Positions 28,465 through 38,034 of a stretch of DNA of 64,000 bases are shown here, piece by piece. Source of the DNA: an uncultured Candidatus Poseidoniales archaeon (lineage in GTDB: Archaea > Thermoplasmatota > Poseidoniia > Poseidoniales > Thalassarchaeaceae); assembly GCA_902573015.1 (NCBI GenBank), contig CACGIE010000004.1, forward strand, positions 8,907-72,906, written 5' to 3'. The notes beneath the pieces are model-generated. The model was not told where the DNA came from, searched no databases, and was given only the letters and a program-made list of their open reading frames with translations. Position numbers and translations under genes: made by a program. Positions within the stretch are counted from its first letter, which is position 1, and every line of letters begins with the position of its first letter.

Positions 28465-28980
28465 TTGGGGCCCAACGTCGTGGCAGAAGAGTCAGAAGAC
28501 GGTGAGTCAGGGGAATCACTCACCGAGGAAGTAGATCTCGAGGCCAGGGTTTCCGAACTGGAGGAGGAACTTCAGTATGCCAAAGCAGAAACAGTAAACA
28601 TTGCTCAAAGAGCTGCCAGGGACCGTTCAGAGGCTCTGAAGTATGGCGGCGCCTCTCTAGCTAGGAGTCTTATTCCAGCCGTGGACCACCTTTCCAAGGC
28701 TCTAGAAGCTACGGAAATAGGTGAAGGTACAGATTCAGTTATTGCAGGGGTGAGACTTACTCTAGAAGGACTCCGATCATCTCTAGAGTCTGAGGGAATC
28801 AAAGAGATTCAAGCCCTAGGTAATGATTTCGATCCCACTTGCATGGAGGCAATTGCCACAGTACCTTGTCCCGAAGGTGAAAATCCTGGAAGTGTAATAG
28901 AAGTCATCGAAACTGGATACAGGATGCATGATCGCATCCTCAGAGCATCAAAAGTCATTGTCGCTGAGGGTGACTCGTGA
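28465..28980 (+). CDS. grpE: GrpE nucleotide exchange factor
   Basis: YAKAETVNIAQRAARDRSEALKYGGASLARSLIPAVDHLSKAL and C-terminal GYRMHDRILRASKVIV. Confidence 0.8.
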   Translation: MGPNVVAEESEDGESGESLTEEVDLEARVSELEEELQYAKAETVNIAQRAARDRSEALKYGGASLARSLIPAVDHLSKALEATEIGEGTDSVIAGVRLTLEGLRSSLESEGIKEIQALGNDFDPTCMEAIATVPCPEGENPGSVIEVIETGYRMHDRILRASKVIVAEGDS

Positions 28981-29474
28981 CCAAGAAAGGTAGAGCCTAC
29001 TTGCTCGTATTTGGAATAATTTTCACATACGCTGGAGCGGTATTTGCCATACAAATTTCAGCCCCAGATTACCCAATAGAACCGGACAAGTTCCCAACCA
29101 ATTGTCCAGAAGATTCGATTAATTGCTCCTTAATCGCACCAAATCACCATAGAAGTGGAAACCTTACAGAGATCAGAATCAACGCTAGTTTACTCGAGGT
29201 TATGGATGAGGTCAGAAAATGGGTTGATTCCCAATCTGGAACAAGTATCATAGGAGATTGGCCCGAACAAACCCATGCAGTATTCAGAACTCTAATCCTT
29301 AGGTTTCCAGACGATTTCTTAGTGCAGGGTTTCTGTGATGATGGGGATAGCGTACTCTATGTTTACTCAAAGTCACGTCTCGGTATTTCTGATCTAGGTG
29401 TCAACAAAGCTCGAGTCGAGAGCTTCGCTGAGCATATGGCCAACGTCGAAATGGCTACATCAGAATGCGTCTAG
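28977..29474 (+). CDS. Membrane-anchored protein, DUF1499-like
   Basis: N-terminal TM helix. VLYVYSKSRLGISDLGVNKARVESF resembles the conserved C-terminal block of DUF1499. It overlaps the grpE stop by 4 nt. Confidence 0.45.
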   Translation: MTKKGRAYLLVFGIIFTYAGAVFAIQISAPDYPIEPDKFPTNCPEDSINCSLIAPNHHRSGNLTEIRINASLLEVMDEVRKWVDSQSGTSIIGDWPEQTHAVFRTLILRFPDDFLVQGFCDDGDSVLYVYSKSRLGISDLGVNKARVESFAEHMANVEMATSECV

Positions 29475-29492
29475 GGATGTCCGGCGCTAACC

Positions 29493-30548
29493 TTGTCTGC
29501 AATTATTGACCCCGATATACGAAAAGCTCACACCCTTCCGTCCGCATTCTACACAGATTCTGAGAAATTTGAACAAATCATAGAGGGGTTTTCGCAGAAT
29601 TGGCACTTTGCAGCCCACGAGAGCCAACTCTCAGGCAAGTCGGCAATTGAGCTGAGACATCTGGAGAGTTTGCTGGGGGAGCCAATGATGTTGGTATCCG
29701 GAGATGAAATCAGGTGTATTTCGAACGTTTGTACCCACAGGGGGATGCTATTGGTTGATGGAAGTTGCTCCAAGAGCACTATTCAGTGCCCGTATCATGG
29801 TCGAACCTTTGGATTAGACGGGAGCATGAAATCGATGCCAGAGTTCGATCTGACCGAAGACTTTCCTACTACACAAGACAATCTCAAGACATTCCCCTCT
29901 ATATCCTGGAAGGGGCTTTTCTTCACTGGTTTAGAGCCATCTGGGTTGAAATCATGCTTGAAAGAGATGGAAAATAGGATCGGATGGATGCCAATCGAGA
30001 AATTCGAACATGATCATTCTAGGAATAGGTGCTATGAAATCAGAGCAAATTGGGCCCTGTACGTTGACAACTACTTGGAGGGCTTCCACATTCCATTCGT
30101 CCATAACGATCTCAATAGGACGCTTGACTACGACGATTATAGGACGGAGATTTTCGATGGCGGAGTACTGCAGATTGGTATAGCTAGAGATGGAGAGCCT
30201 ATCTTCAAGATTCCAGAGGAGTCACCCGATTTCGAACTAAAAGTTGCAGCTTATTATTACTGGATATACCCAGGTCTAATGCTCAACTTCTATCCCTGGG
30301 GCCTATCTGTCAACATAGTCATCCCATTGTCAGTCGATCGAACAAGGATAGAGTATCACGGATTCGTATGGGACAAAAAATTCCTAGGGAAGGGTGCCGG
30401 AGGGGATCTGGACAAGGTCGAGGAGGAAGATCAATTTGTAGTAGAGTCGGCACACAGGGGGGTATCATCAGTGTCTTATGAAAGAGGGCGATACTCACCT
30501 TCCAAGGAGATAGGCGTCCATCACTTCCACCAAATGCTAACATCTTAG
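29493..30548 (+). CDS. Rieske [2Fe-2S] non-heme iron oxygenase alpha-subunit-like protein
   Basis: Rieske motif CTHRGMLL...CPYHGRTF, followed by a catalytic-domain-like region NYLEGFHIPFVH. Confidence 0.85.
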   Translation: MSAIIDPDIRKAHTLPSAFYTDSEKFEQIIEGFSQNWHFAAHESQLSGKSAIELRHLESLLGEPMMLVSGDEIRCISNVCTHRGMLLVDGSCSKSTIQCPYHGRTFGLDGSMKSMPEFDLTEDFPTTQDNLKTFPSISWKGLFFTGLEPSGLKSCLKEMENRIGWMPIEKFEHDHSRNRCYEIRANWALYVDNYLEGFHIPFVHNDLNRTLDYDDYRTEIFDGGVLQIGIARDGEPIFKIPEESPDFELKVAAYYYWIYPGLMLNFYPWGLSVNIVIPLSVDRTRIEYHGFVWDKKFLGKGAGGDLDKVEEEDQFVVESAHRGVSSVSYERGRYSPSKEIGVHHFHQMLTS

Positions 30549-30589
30549 ATTCAATTCATAACTAATTGTCCATTCGTTATGCAGTGCCC

Positions 30590-32632
30590 ATGTCTCGCCA
30601 AAGAACAATTGCTACTCTGCTTGTCCCTCTATTATTGCTATCGGGATGTCTAAGTGATGAAGCATCAGAAGATCCCGAAACTGAAGATTGTTCAGCAATC
30701 ATAGGAGACTCCTGTGAAATCGAAGATACTACCGTGGATGATGGAGTCTTAGAGCAAGAGATTTCAATATCGGGAACTAGTTTCTGTGACAATACTAATC
30801 CGGACCATTGCCTTTTGCCATTTCCTTCGTCTGCATTCCTTGATTCTGATTCCGGAACCGCTACCGGGTATAGGTTGGATATCGATGGGCAGGCTATACC
30901 CGACTCGGCTTCCGCTCCATCAGAAGATTTTCATATGCTAGATAACAAGGATGGCCACTCCCCGTCTACACAGATATTTACTACGTTTAGCAGCCTTCCA
31001 GATATTTCCGGACTAGCCTCACAAGACTCCATCCCCTCATCGGCCCTCCCTGGCCACAATAGTCTGATTCTCAATATGGACACTGGCCAGATTCTCGAAC
31101 ATTGGGTGGAAATCTCGTCCAGAACACAGGAAGATGAGCAAACCCTCGTCCATGTGCGAACCCTCAGAGGACTCGATCACAATACCCAGTATGCAGTTGC
31201 ATTCAGGAATCTGATAGATGGGGACGGTGAACAGGTGGCCCCATTCCCAGGATTCAAGGCATTGAGAGATGGATCAGTAACCGACAATCAACAGATAGAG
31301 TCTCTCAGATCCAGCTACGAAGACATGTTCTCCTCTCTTTCCGAGATTGGCTACGAAAGGAAGGATCTGACAAGTGCATGGTGGTTTCACACAGCATCCA
31401 GTCAATCAATCATGGGCGACATAATCTCGATGAGGAATAATGCGACCCAATTATTAGGAGAAAATGGGATAGGGTGCAATGTCACATCTGTTACTGAGAA
31501 CTATGCCGAAGACAACACAACCCTCAGGAGAATAAGTGGGACTATCACCACTCCTCACTACCTTCAATCCACATATCCCCCAACTCCAATGACTCGTTAT
31601 GAGGACGGAACTCCCAGATTCAACTTCATGACAGAGGTTGTGTTCACAGTTACGATCCCCCAGTCTGCTGCTGACTCCTCACAACCTGCGCCGCTTGTGG
31701 TCCTAGGCCATGGCTTCCTGGGAAATGGAGAGGGTATGGTCTCTGGCTTCAGAGGATGGGCAAATGATTCTGGAGTCGCCACAATAGGAACTGACTTCAA
31801 GGGTTGGAGTTCAGATGGCGACTTCGGTGCTGTCACCTTCGGATTGATGAATGTGAACTATCTGCAGCATCAGTCTGAGAGACTCCAGCAATCTGTAATC
31901 AACCATCTTGCAATGGTCACTACCATCAAAGGGGTTTGCTCTGATCTCCCCGAATTCTATCATAACGGGATTAACTTGGTGGATACTACTGATATCGATT
32001 ACATGGGAGTTTCTTTAGGGGGAATCAGGGGCCCTTCTATGCTGTCCCTAATCCCAGAAATTGATCGAGGAGTCCTTTGGGTAGCAGGTTCATCTTTCAG
32101 CTTCATTGCCGAGAGATCCACACAGTACACTCAATTCGAGGAGCTTTTCTCTTCTCCACTTGCTTACGAATCTACAATGGACAGGTCGATTCTTCTCGCA
32201 CTAATGCAATCTATGTGGGATACGACCGAACCCGAAACATACCTCCCCTTCATTGATGGCGGAATGGACGGGGAACTACATCCCTACGAGATACTCTACG
32301 TGGTTTCTATCAATGATGCACAGGTCACCACACTCTCTGCGGATAGAGCCTCTAGAACCTCGGGAATCCCAGTTCTTGCAAACTCCACATATCACCCCTA
32401 TGGCCTCGATGTCACCGAGGCTCCAGTTTCTGGCTCGGCGATAGTTTACTTCGATGGCAGATTCCCAGCCGTACCTTCGGGAAACATACAGGGGCCTATG
32501 GAATACCATTCCCTAGCCCATAACCAGGTTCTAGGATACGATCCCGCCGTCGACTTGGCTACTGACTTTCTCTTGAGCGGTCAGATTACCGACACATGCT
32601 CAGGGGAGTGCTACTTCGAAGGGACTTGGTAG
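30590..32632 (+). CDS. Secreted lipoprotein-like alpha/beta-hydrolase-fold protein
   Basis: Signal with TLLVPLLLLSGC. VVLGHGFLGNGEG and a nucleophile-elbow-like YMGVSLGG. Function unknown. Confidence 0.55.
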   Translation: MSRQRTIATLLVPLLLLSGCLSDEASEDPETEDCSAIIGDSCEIEDTTVDDGVLEQEISISGTSFCDNTNPDHCLLPFPSSAFLDSDSGTATGYRLDIDGQAIPDSASAPSEDFHMLDNKDGHSPSTQIFTTFSSLPDISGLASQDSIPSSALPGHNSLILNMDTGQILEHWVEISSRTQEDEQTLVHVRTLRGLDHNTQYAVAFRNLIDGDGEQVAPFPGFKALRDGSVTDNQQIESLRSSYEDMFSSLSEIGYERKDLTSAWWFHTASSQSIMGDIISMRNNATQLLGENGIGCNVTSVTENYAEDNTTLRRISGTITTPHYLQSTYPPTPMTRYEDGTPRFNFMTEVVFTVTIPQSAADSSQPAPLVVLGHGFLGNGEGMVSGFRGWANDSGVATIGTDFKGWSSDGDFGAVTFGLMNVNYLQHQSERLQQSVINHLAMVTTIKGVCSDLPEFYHNGINLVDTTDIDYMGVSLGGIRGPSMLSLIPEIDRGVLWVAGSSFSFIAERSTQYTQFEELFSSPLAYESTMDRSILLALMQSMWDTTEPETYLPFIDGGMDGELHPYEILYVVSINDAQVTTLSADRASRTSGIPVLANSTYHPYGLDVTEAPVSGSAIVYFDGRFPAVPSGNIQGPMEYHSLAHNQVLGYDPAVDLATDFLLSGQITDTCSGECYFEGTW

Positions 32633-32640
32633 TCTCGGAG

Positions 32641-33519
32641 CTAAATTCTCTCTTCCCTGCTACCAGATGTCCAGTCGTAGATGCCCCTTCCTGCCTTCTT
32701 TCCCAGATCTCCGGATTCAACCAGTTTTTTCAGTAGTGGGTGGGGCCTGTATGATTCGTCCTCGAAAGCCTCGGCCAAACTGTTCAGAATGTCCATTCTA
32801 ACATCGAGACCCACTAGATCGGATAGCTCCAAAGGACCCATAGGGTGGCGATAACCCAATTTCATGGCAGTGTCAATATCACTCGCTGATGCAACTCCCT
32901 CTGCCAGCATTCTGATTGCCTCGTTCCCCAGAACTACTCCCAGTCTGCTGGTGGCGAATCCTGGAACGTCATTCACCAGTATCGTAGTCTTACCCAGAGA
33001 CTCTCCTACTTTCTTAGAAATAGTTACCGTTTCTTCTGATGTTTCATCGTGCCTCACTATTTCGAGTAATGGCATCAGTGGAACAGGATTGAAGAAGTGC
33101 AAACCAACAAACCTCCCAGAATTTTCTATTTCTGCGGCAATCTCTGAAATAGAGAGACCAGAAGTGTTTGTTGCCAGAACTGACTCCTTGGGTGCCAATC
33201 CTTCTAATTCTCGGAAGACTGATTTCTTCAGCTCAATCTTCTCGGGTACTGCCTCTATAATCAGGTCCATCCCTCTGGAAGCCTCCTCTATGTCAGAGGA
33301 GGTACTCAGTTTAGCCTTCCATGATGAAACCTCAACCTCGCTGGTCATACCTTTCTCTATGCCTCTCTGCCAGAAACTAAGTATGCGCTCCTCGCCCTTC
33401 TTCAGAGATTCAGAAAATGCGTCATAGAGTACCGTCTCCCATCCGGTCTGAGCGCAAATCTGCGCTATGCCAGAGCCCATGGCACCAGCACCGACTATCC
33501 CTACTTTGCGAATTTCCAC
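32641..33519 (-). CDS. 3-hydroxyacyl-CoA (3-hydroxybutyryl-CoA) dehydrogenase
   Basis: VGIVGAGAMGSGIAQ Rossmann motif, TNTSGLSISE, HFFNPVPLMPLLEIV and DVPGFATSRL. Confidence 0.9.
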   Translation of the reverse strand: MEIRKVGIVGAGAMGSGIAQICAQTGWETVLYDAFSESLKKGEERILSFWQRGIEKGMTSEVEVSSWKAKLSTSSDIEEASRGMDLIIEAVPEKIELKKSVFRELEGLAPKESVLATNTSGLSISEIAAEIENSGRFVGLHFFNPVPLMPLLEIVRHDETSEETVTISKKVGESLGKTTILVNDVPGFATSRLGVVLGNEAIRMLAEGVASASDIDTAMKLGYRHPMGPLELSDLVGLDVRMDILNSLAEAFEDESYRPHPLLKKLVESGDLGKKAGRGIYDWTSGSREERI

Positions 33520-33553
33520 GAGATGCGGAGAGTATCCCCCTCAATAAGCCGTA

Positions 33554-34147
33554 CTAACCTTCACGCCCATAAGCCGCGAGTGCTGACTGGAAGAGTCTCT
33601 GTCGCGGGACGTCATGCTCTAGGAAGCATGTGAATGGGGCTACGTCCTTTAGAAGCTCGATTGATGAAATGTATGCGCCGTAGACGAATGGGTCTGCATG
33701 CTCGAGGGAAGGGATCTGAATCCCCAGCTTTGACAGACCTTTCCTGGTATCCTCGTCCCATATCGAGTAGGTATGGTGAGTGAAGTGAAGGTAAGCGGAA
33801 AGCCTCCTAACATCAGACCTCGCCTTGTCCGTCAAGCTCTCGATAAGAAGGGTATCCGGATACTTGATTGCGTATAGGGATAGCAATACCTCTCGCTGTG
33901 TTTCCTCTTTCCATTCTCTTTTTCCGAGCCCCATCCAATCGTCAATCATGTCAAGCATCTCTGGAGTGTATGGTCTTCGGACCTTGTATAGCAACTCCTC
34001 GTATGAAGCCGAGTCCTGACTATGAGAGTGATGATGGTCGTGGAAAAGATCGGTGAGCCTTTCGAAGAATGGACGACATGCGTCCTTATCGAAGGAAGAT
34101 AGCGCAACGTGCTGCATATTAGTCACCCCGACTAGTTCCCCTTCCAC
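33554..34147 (-). CDS. Hypothetical His-rich protein, overlapping the stop of the BoxB-like gene by 16 nt
   Basis: 197-aa ORF containing LFHDHHHSHSQD. Co-directional with the upstream BoxB-like gene and apparently coupled to it. No family recognised. Confidence 0.5.
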   Translation of the reverse strand: MEGELVGVTNMQHVALSSFDKDACRPFFERLTDLFHDHHHSHSQDSASYEELLYKVRRPYTPEMLDMIDDWMGLGKREWKEETQREVLLSLYAIKYPDTLLIESLTDKARSDVRRLSAYLHFTHHTYSIWDEDTRKGLSKLGIQIPSLEHADPFVYGAYISSIELLKDVAPFTCFLEHDVPRQRLFQSALAAYGREG

Positions 34148-35289
34148 TCTCTGTACTGAATCCAGTCTTCCTTCATGTACACGTTGACTAGGGTTTCCTC
34201 GTCCTCGTCGGTAGGAAGGACGGAATCCAGATAGGTCTGATATTCTTCTTCCGATCCGTCGAAGGATTCACCTTCGACAGTGTAATTCTTTCCTGCGTAC
34301 TTTCCTATGCCTCTCTTGAATTTGTCAGAAGGAATGTACAACTCGGGCTCTCCTTCCTTGCGAGCCTTGCTGATCCTCCTCATCTCCTCCCTAAGCTCTT
34401 GAAAGTATAGATCCCTGCTTGCTTCGTTCAGATGCTCTCTGTCTGCATCTGTACCAGCCTCCCTCTCATCGTACCTACCCTTGATTCCGTAGACGTACGC
34501 CCATTGGGCGCTGCTGGAGTCATCGGTCCCGAAAAGGTCTAATCCTGTACTGACCCACTTGTTGATGTATTTCTGGATGAGTGAGCAAGGAATTACTCCT
34601 TGCTTGACGACTCTACGAAGGCCGTTTGCTCCAGTTCCTAGGTGGAAGGACTCCTCCTTCAGCATCGGCCCCATACTAGCAGCAAGCGGCTTGAAGGAGG
34701 AGGTGCTCAACATTTTCAGCTGGTACTTTCCGTCTCTATCTATGAAGTGGGTGAACATAAAGAAGTCAAGCCAGTGATCGATTGGCTCGTTGAAAGACCC
34801 GAGTATCCTGGTTCCTTCCTGAGCGTTCCTCTCGAGAAGCTTGGCAGCTTCCCTCACGCCCTGCTCTCCGAAGAATGTGCACAGTAGGTAGGCCATCTGC
34901 CATCCGTGCCTCTGCTCTTCACACATTATCCTTAGAGCAGATTTCTTGTCGTACTCGGTAGGTGCGGTTTCAAGGAGGTGATTCTGCTGCTCAACACTTG
35001 CGAACTCTGTATCTCCCTGCACGCTCACCATAGTGATGATTGCATCAGTAATGTTCTGTTGGGGTATCTGCATCCTCCTTTCCCACTTGGGCATACCTTC
35101 GAAGTCACCGAACTCTATTTCCCCTCCGGCTGTGTCCCAATCGAACTTGATATCGAACCTGTAATCGCCCAACCACGAGGGATCGAACCCTATTCTTGTC
35201 TGCCAGTCATTGAACTCCTCAATCCAAGCCTCAAAGTTTGTCGGATAATTCTGAACTACGTCAGTCTCTGCCATGAAATACCCCAACAT
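34132..35289 (-). CDS. BoxB-like diiron acyl-CoA oxygenase (benzoyl-CoA 2,3-epoxidase subunit B family)
   Basis: VQGDTEFASVEQQNHL, MCEEQRHGWQMAYLL, DFFMFTHFIDRDGKYQL and KEESFHLGTG match the blocks I recall for BoxB (GDTEPASVEQQRHL, EEGRHLW, FFMFTFITDRDGKFQL, EEAHH). I prefer the start at MLGYFMAETD; the track ORF start at 35472 overlaps the upstream gene. Confidence 0.75.
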   Translation of the reverse strand: MLGYFMAETDVVQNYPTNFEAWIEEFNDWQTRIGFDPSWLGDYRFDIKFDWDTAGGEIEFGDFEGMPKWERRMQIPQQNITDAIITMVSVQGDTEFASVEQQNHLLETAPTEYDKKSALRIMCEEQRHGWQMAYLLCTFFGEQGVREAAKLLERNAQEGTRILGSFNEPIDHWLDFFMFTHFIDRDGKYQLKMLSTSSFKPLAASMGPMLKEESFHLGTGANGLRRVVKQGVIPCSLIQKYINKWVSTGLDLFGTDDSSSAQWAYVYGIKGRYDEREAGTDADREHLNEASRDLYFQELREEMRRISKARKEGEPELYIPSDKFKRGIGKYAGKNYTVEGESFDGSEEEYQTYLDSVLPTDEDEETLVNVYMKEDWIQYREWKGN

Positions 35290-35335
35290 TAGGGGGTATT
35301 TCAGAGGTTGCTTTTCATCTCTAGAAATAGAGAGT

Positions 35336-36229
35336 CTACTTTCCTTCAAACCTGGGCGTCTTCCTGTCAACGTATGCCTTGATCCCTTCCTTAGCGTCTT
35401 CTGATTGGAATAGATCAGATTGCAACTCTCTTTCAAGAGCAAGATGGTACTCAAGCGGTATCTCCATACCACTCTGTACGCTTCTCTTGATGTTCCCTAT
35501 TGCCTTTGAGGCTGCGAATGGTAGCGAGAACCTTCCAGCGTAGTCAAGAACGTCCTGCCTAAACTCATCCAGGCTCAGTGAGTCATAGATGTCGTGGACT
35601 AGATCCATTTCCCTAGATTCCTCGAAGGAGAACTTCCTTCCTGTAACCATTATCTCCATCGCTTTGGCCTTTCCAACCAGTCTAGACAGTCTAGCCGTTC
35701 CACCTGTACCCGCCAATACTCCGAGAGCGACCTCAGGAAGTCCTACCTGGTAATTGCCCTTTCTGGCTATCCGAATGTCAGCAGCCATGGCAATCTCCAG
35801 TCCGCCCCCAACCGTATGTCCGTTAAGTGCGGCTATGACCAACTTGGGAGTCTGCTCCAATCGGGACAGAGTCTCGTTGGCGTGCAGGCAGAAGAAGTAC
35901 TTGTATCTCGGAGAAAGAGTGTTCAGATACTTTATGCTAGCACCTGCAGAGAAGAATTTTTCACCGTGTCCCGTGATCAGAATTACCGATATGTCATCAT
36001 TGAATCTCGCCTCAAGTATAGCATCGTCAATGTCGTGCCACATTTCTCTTGTGTAGGTATTAACTGGTGTCTTATCACCCTCGAGTGGCTCTCCGGCGGA
36101 ATCGGAAATGAGCTCGATAATCGCGACTCCGTTTTCTGTCTCTCCATAGTTAACGAGACGATTCTTCATGGGCTTAAGTTCTGGCCAAGACGTCATGCTC
36201 TCACGACTTAGTCCAGCCATATCAACCAA
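35336..36229 (-). CDS. Enoyl-CoA hydratase/isomerase family protein
   Basis: VILITGHGEKFFSAGASI, VIAALNGHTVGGGLEIAMAADIRI and LPEVALGVLAGTGGTARL. Confidence 0.85.
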   Translation of the reverse strand: MVDMAGLSRESMTSWPELKPMKNRLVNYGETENGVAIIELISDSAGEPLEGDKTPVNTYTREMWHDIDDAILEARFNDDISVILITGHGEKFFSAGASIKYLNTLSPRYKYFFCLHANETLSRLEQTPKLVIAALNGHTVGGGLEIAMAADIRIARKGNYQVGLPEVALGVLAGTGGTARLSRLVGKAKAMEIMVTGRKFSFEESREMDLVHDIYDSLSLDEFRQDVLDYAGRFSLPFAASKAIGNIKRSVQSGMEIPLEYHLALERELQSDLFQSEDAKEGIKAYVDRKTPRFEGK

Positions 36230-36246
36230 ACGGAGACAATACTAGG

Positions 36247-37470
36247 CTATGCATCCGACTCCTTGAACGATACAGACCCCCCCTTGCTCCTAGCCGATTT
36301 CCATTGCTCACGAACTCTTTCAGCCTCAATGCTAGGATCCCATGAATCTCTCTTCAGCGACTTTCTGAAGGGCATCCTGTGGACAACCCTCCCGTCTGAC
36401 AGATCCTTCCTTCTCAGCATCCCAATCTTGACAATCGGCCACAATGCCCTTCGAAATAGTCCGGGTTTGTACAGCCAACGCATGAAGTTCAATCCGTCTC
36501 CGCTCCTCTTCTGATCCCTCATCCACTGGTTTGCTACCATCTTGAATCCTCTATTACCAACCCTATTCATCAGGAAACGATTTATCGCGCTGGCTTTTAC
36601 GAGAGGGACAAGCCTACTCCTCACTTCTTTTTCGTACTCGAATTCCCCCAGTAATGACTTAGCAGCCAGCACTCCACTAGTTATTGCATATCTCATGCCG
36701 AAACCCCACATGAAGTCCTGTAGGCCCCCAGCCTCCCCAACGTACAGCCTTTCCTCATGGACGTACTTGGTTGGTATTCCGAAGTCCCCCTTCCCTCCGA
36801 CCCTCTTTATCGGCTTCCTATCCAAGTCGTAATTTCGTTCATACCACGCTATTGTTTCATCCAGATATCTACCACTATTCCTTTGCTTACGCCAGAGACA
36901 AGTGCAAATAAGTCCGATTCCGTCTACAATAATCAAGTAAGAGTATGCACCAGGGGCCAACTTGTCATTCAATTGGAAAGCAACAAGGTTCCGGTGCCTT
37001 GTATGGAATATCTCACCGTATGCGACGGCACTCGACTCTCTAGGTCCTGCGGCAACTATGTCGCACTCCTCAGGAGATTTCTTGACTCCATAGTGTATCT
37101 TCACTCCAGACTCTAAGGCCATCCTCTTGAATGCCTGATCTATTGTGTGCTCTGCGGTACCTCTCTCGACTACTCTGAAAGCAACACCTTCCGTTTTTGG
37201 ATTGGTCACAACATCATCTGGGTGGATTAGATCAATGATTCCGAATGAATCAGACTTGAACTCTGTCGCGTCGAATCCCCAATCTGCTAACTCTTCGAAG
37301 AAGTCAATCTCGCTCGTCCAATTCTCGATACCCTGGAAGTCTCCATCGAACCTTGCTCCGCTGTCCGACCGGATTTCATGAACGTGAACATCCTTCCCGG
37401 CTTTAGCCAATATCGTTGCAGATGAGAGGCCAGAGAGGCCTGCTCCAAGGATGTGCACTTCGGCGCTCAC
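36247..37470 (-). CDS. FAD-dependent oxidoreductase (geranylgeranyl-reductase-like / GxGxxG flavoprotein)
   Basis: VHILGAGLSGLSSATILAKAGKDVHVHE dinucleotide-binding motif. I chose the GTG at 37470, preceded by GGAGGT 9 nt upstream. The 120 codons further upstream in the track ORF are low-complexity and antisense to moaE. Confidence 0.7.
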   Translation of the reverse strand: MSAEVHILGAGLSGLSSATILAKAGKDVHVHEIRSDSGARFDGDFQGIENWTSEIDFFEELADWGFDATEFKSDSFGIIDLIHPDDVVTNPKTEGVAFRVVERGTAEHTIDQAFKRMALESGVKIHYGVKKSPEECDIVAAGPRESSAVAYGEIFHTRHRNLVAFQLNDKLAPGAYSYLIIVDGIGLICTCLWRKQRNSGRYLDETIAWYERNYDLDRKPIKRVGGKGDFGIPTKYVHEERLYVGEAGGLQDFMWGFGMRYAITSGVLAAKSLLGEFEYEKEVRSRLVPLVKASAINRFLMNRVGNRGFKMVANQWMRDQKRSGDGLNFMRWLYKPGLFRRALWPIVKIGMLRRKDLSDGRVVHRMPFRKSLKRDSWDPSIEAERVREQWKSARSKGGSVSFKESDA

Positions 37471-37546
37471 GGTTTCGCGACCTCCTATGTTCGCTTGAAC
37501 GGTTGGGTCATCCGTCGGTTTCAAGGGATAAATCCCATGGGGTACC

Positions 37547-37966
37547 GTGGCAGTCCATATTGAGGTCGACAGTAAATCTCTGGATATCTCCAGACTTCGG
37601 AGCATCATCGACTCCAAGGGTTGTGGTAGCGTAGTCAGTTTCGTTGGATTAACTAGGGACAATGAGGATGGAGTCCCAGTTAAGGGACTAGAGTTCGATG
37701 CTTGGGAGGATGAACTTCCGAATGTTCTCCGGAGTATTGCAGAAGAAGCAATTTCCACATTCGGGGTAAGCTCTGTAGTTATCTCACACAGAACTGGATT
37801 CGTTGAACCTGGCCAAGAGATAGTTTGCATCCATGTAGGTTCGGCTCATAGGGCCGAAGGCTTTACCGCATGTTCTTGGCTGATTTCTGAACTAAAGAGA
37901 CAGGCTCCTCTCTGGAAGAAGGAGTTTAGGGAGGACGGAGAATTCTGGAAGACAGGTCTTGGATAG
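37547..37966 (+). CDS. moaE: Molybdopterin synthase catalytic subunit
   Basis: GSVVSFVGLTRD...LEFDAWEDE...VVISHRTGFVEPGQEIVCIHVGSAHRAEGFTACSWLISELKRQAPLWKKE. Confidence 0.85.
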   Translation: MAVHIEVDSKSLDISRLRSIIDSKGCGSVVSFVGLTRDNEDGVPVKGLEFDAWEDELPNVLRSIAEEAISTFGVSSVVISHRTGFVEPGQEIVCIHVGSAHRAEGFTACSWLISELKRQAPLWKKEFREDGEFWKTGLG

Positions 37967-38034
37967 AGCCCTGAATCTATCACTAAAGTCCCGTGTGCCT
38001 GAATAGGGTGGACCTATTCCGATAGGACGGTGAA

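Noticed and set aside
37471-37830. 120-codon N-terminal extension of the FAD oxidoreductase ORF (track ORF 36247-37830)
   Set aside because: The extension is low-complexity (S/T/P/L), it is antisense to the well-supported moaE gene, and a GTG with a GGAGGT ribosome-binding site sits just before the GxGxxG motif.
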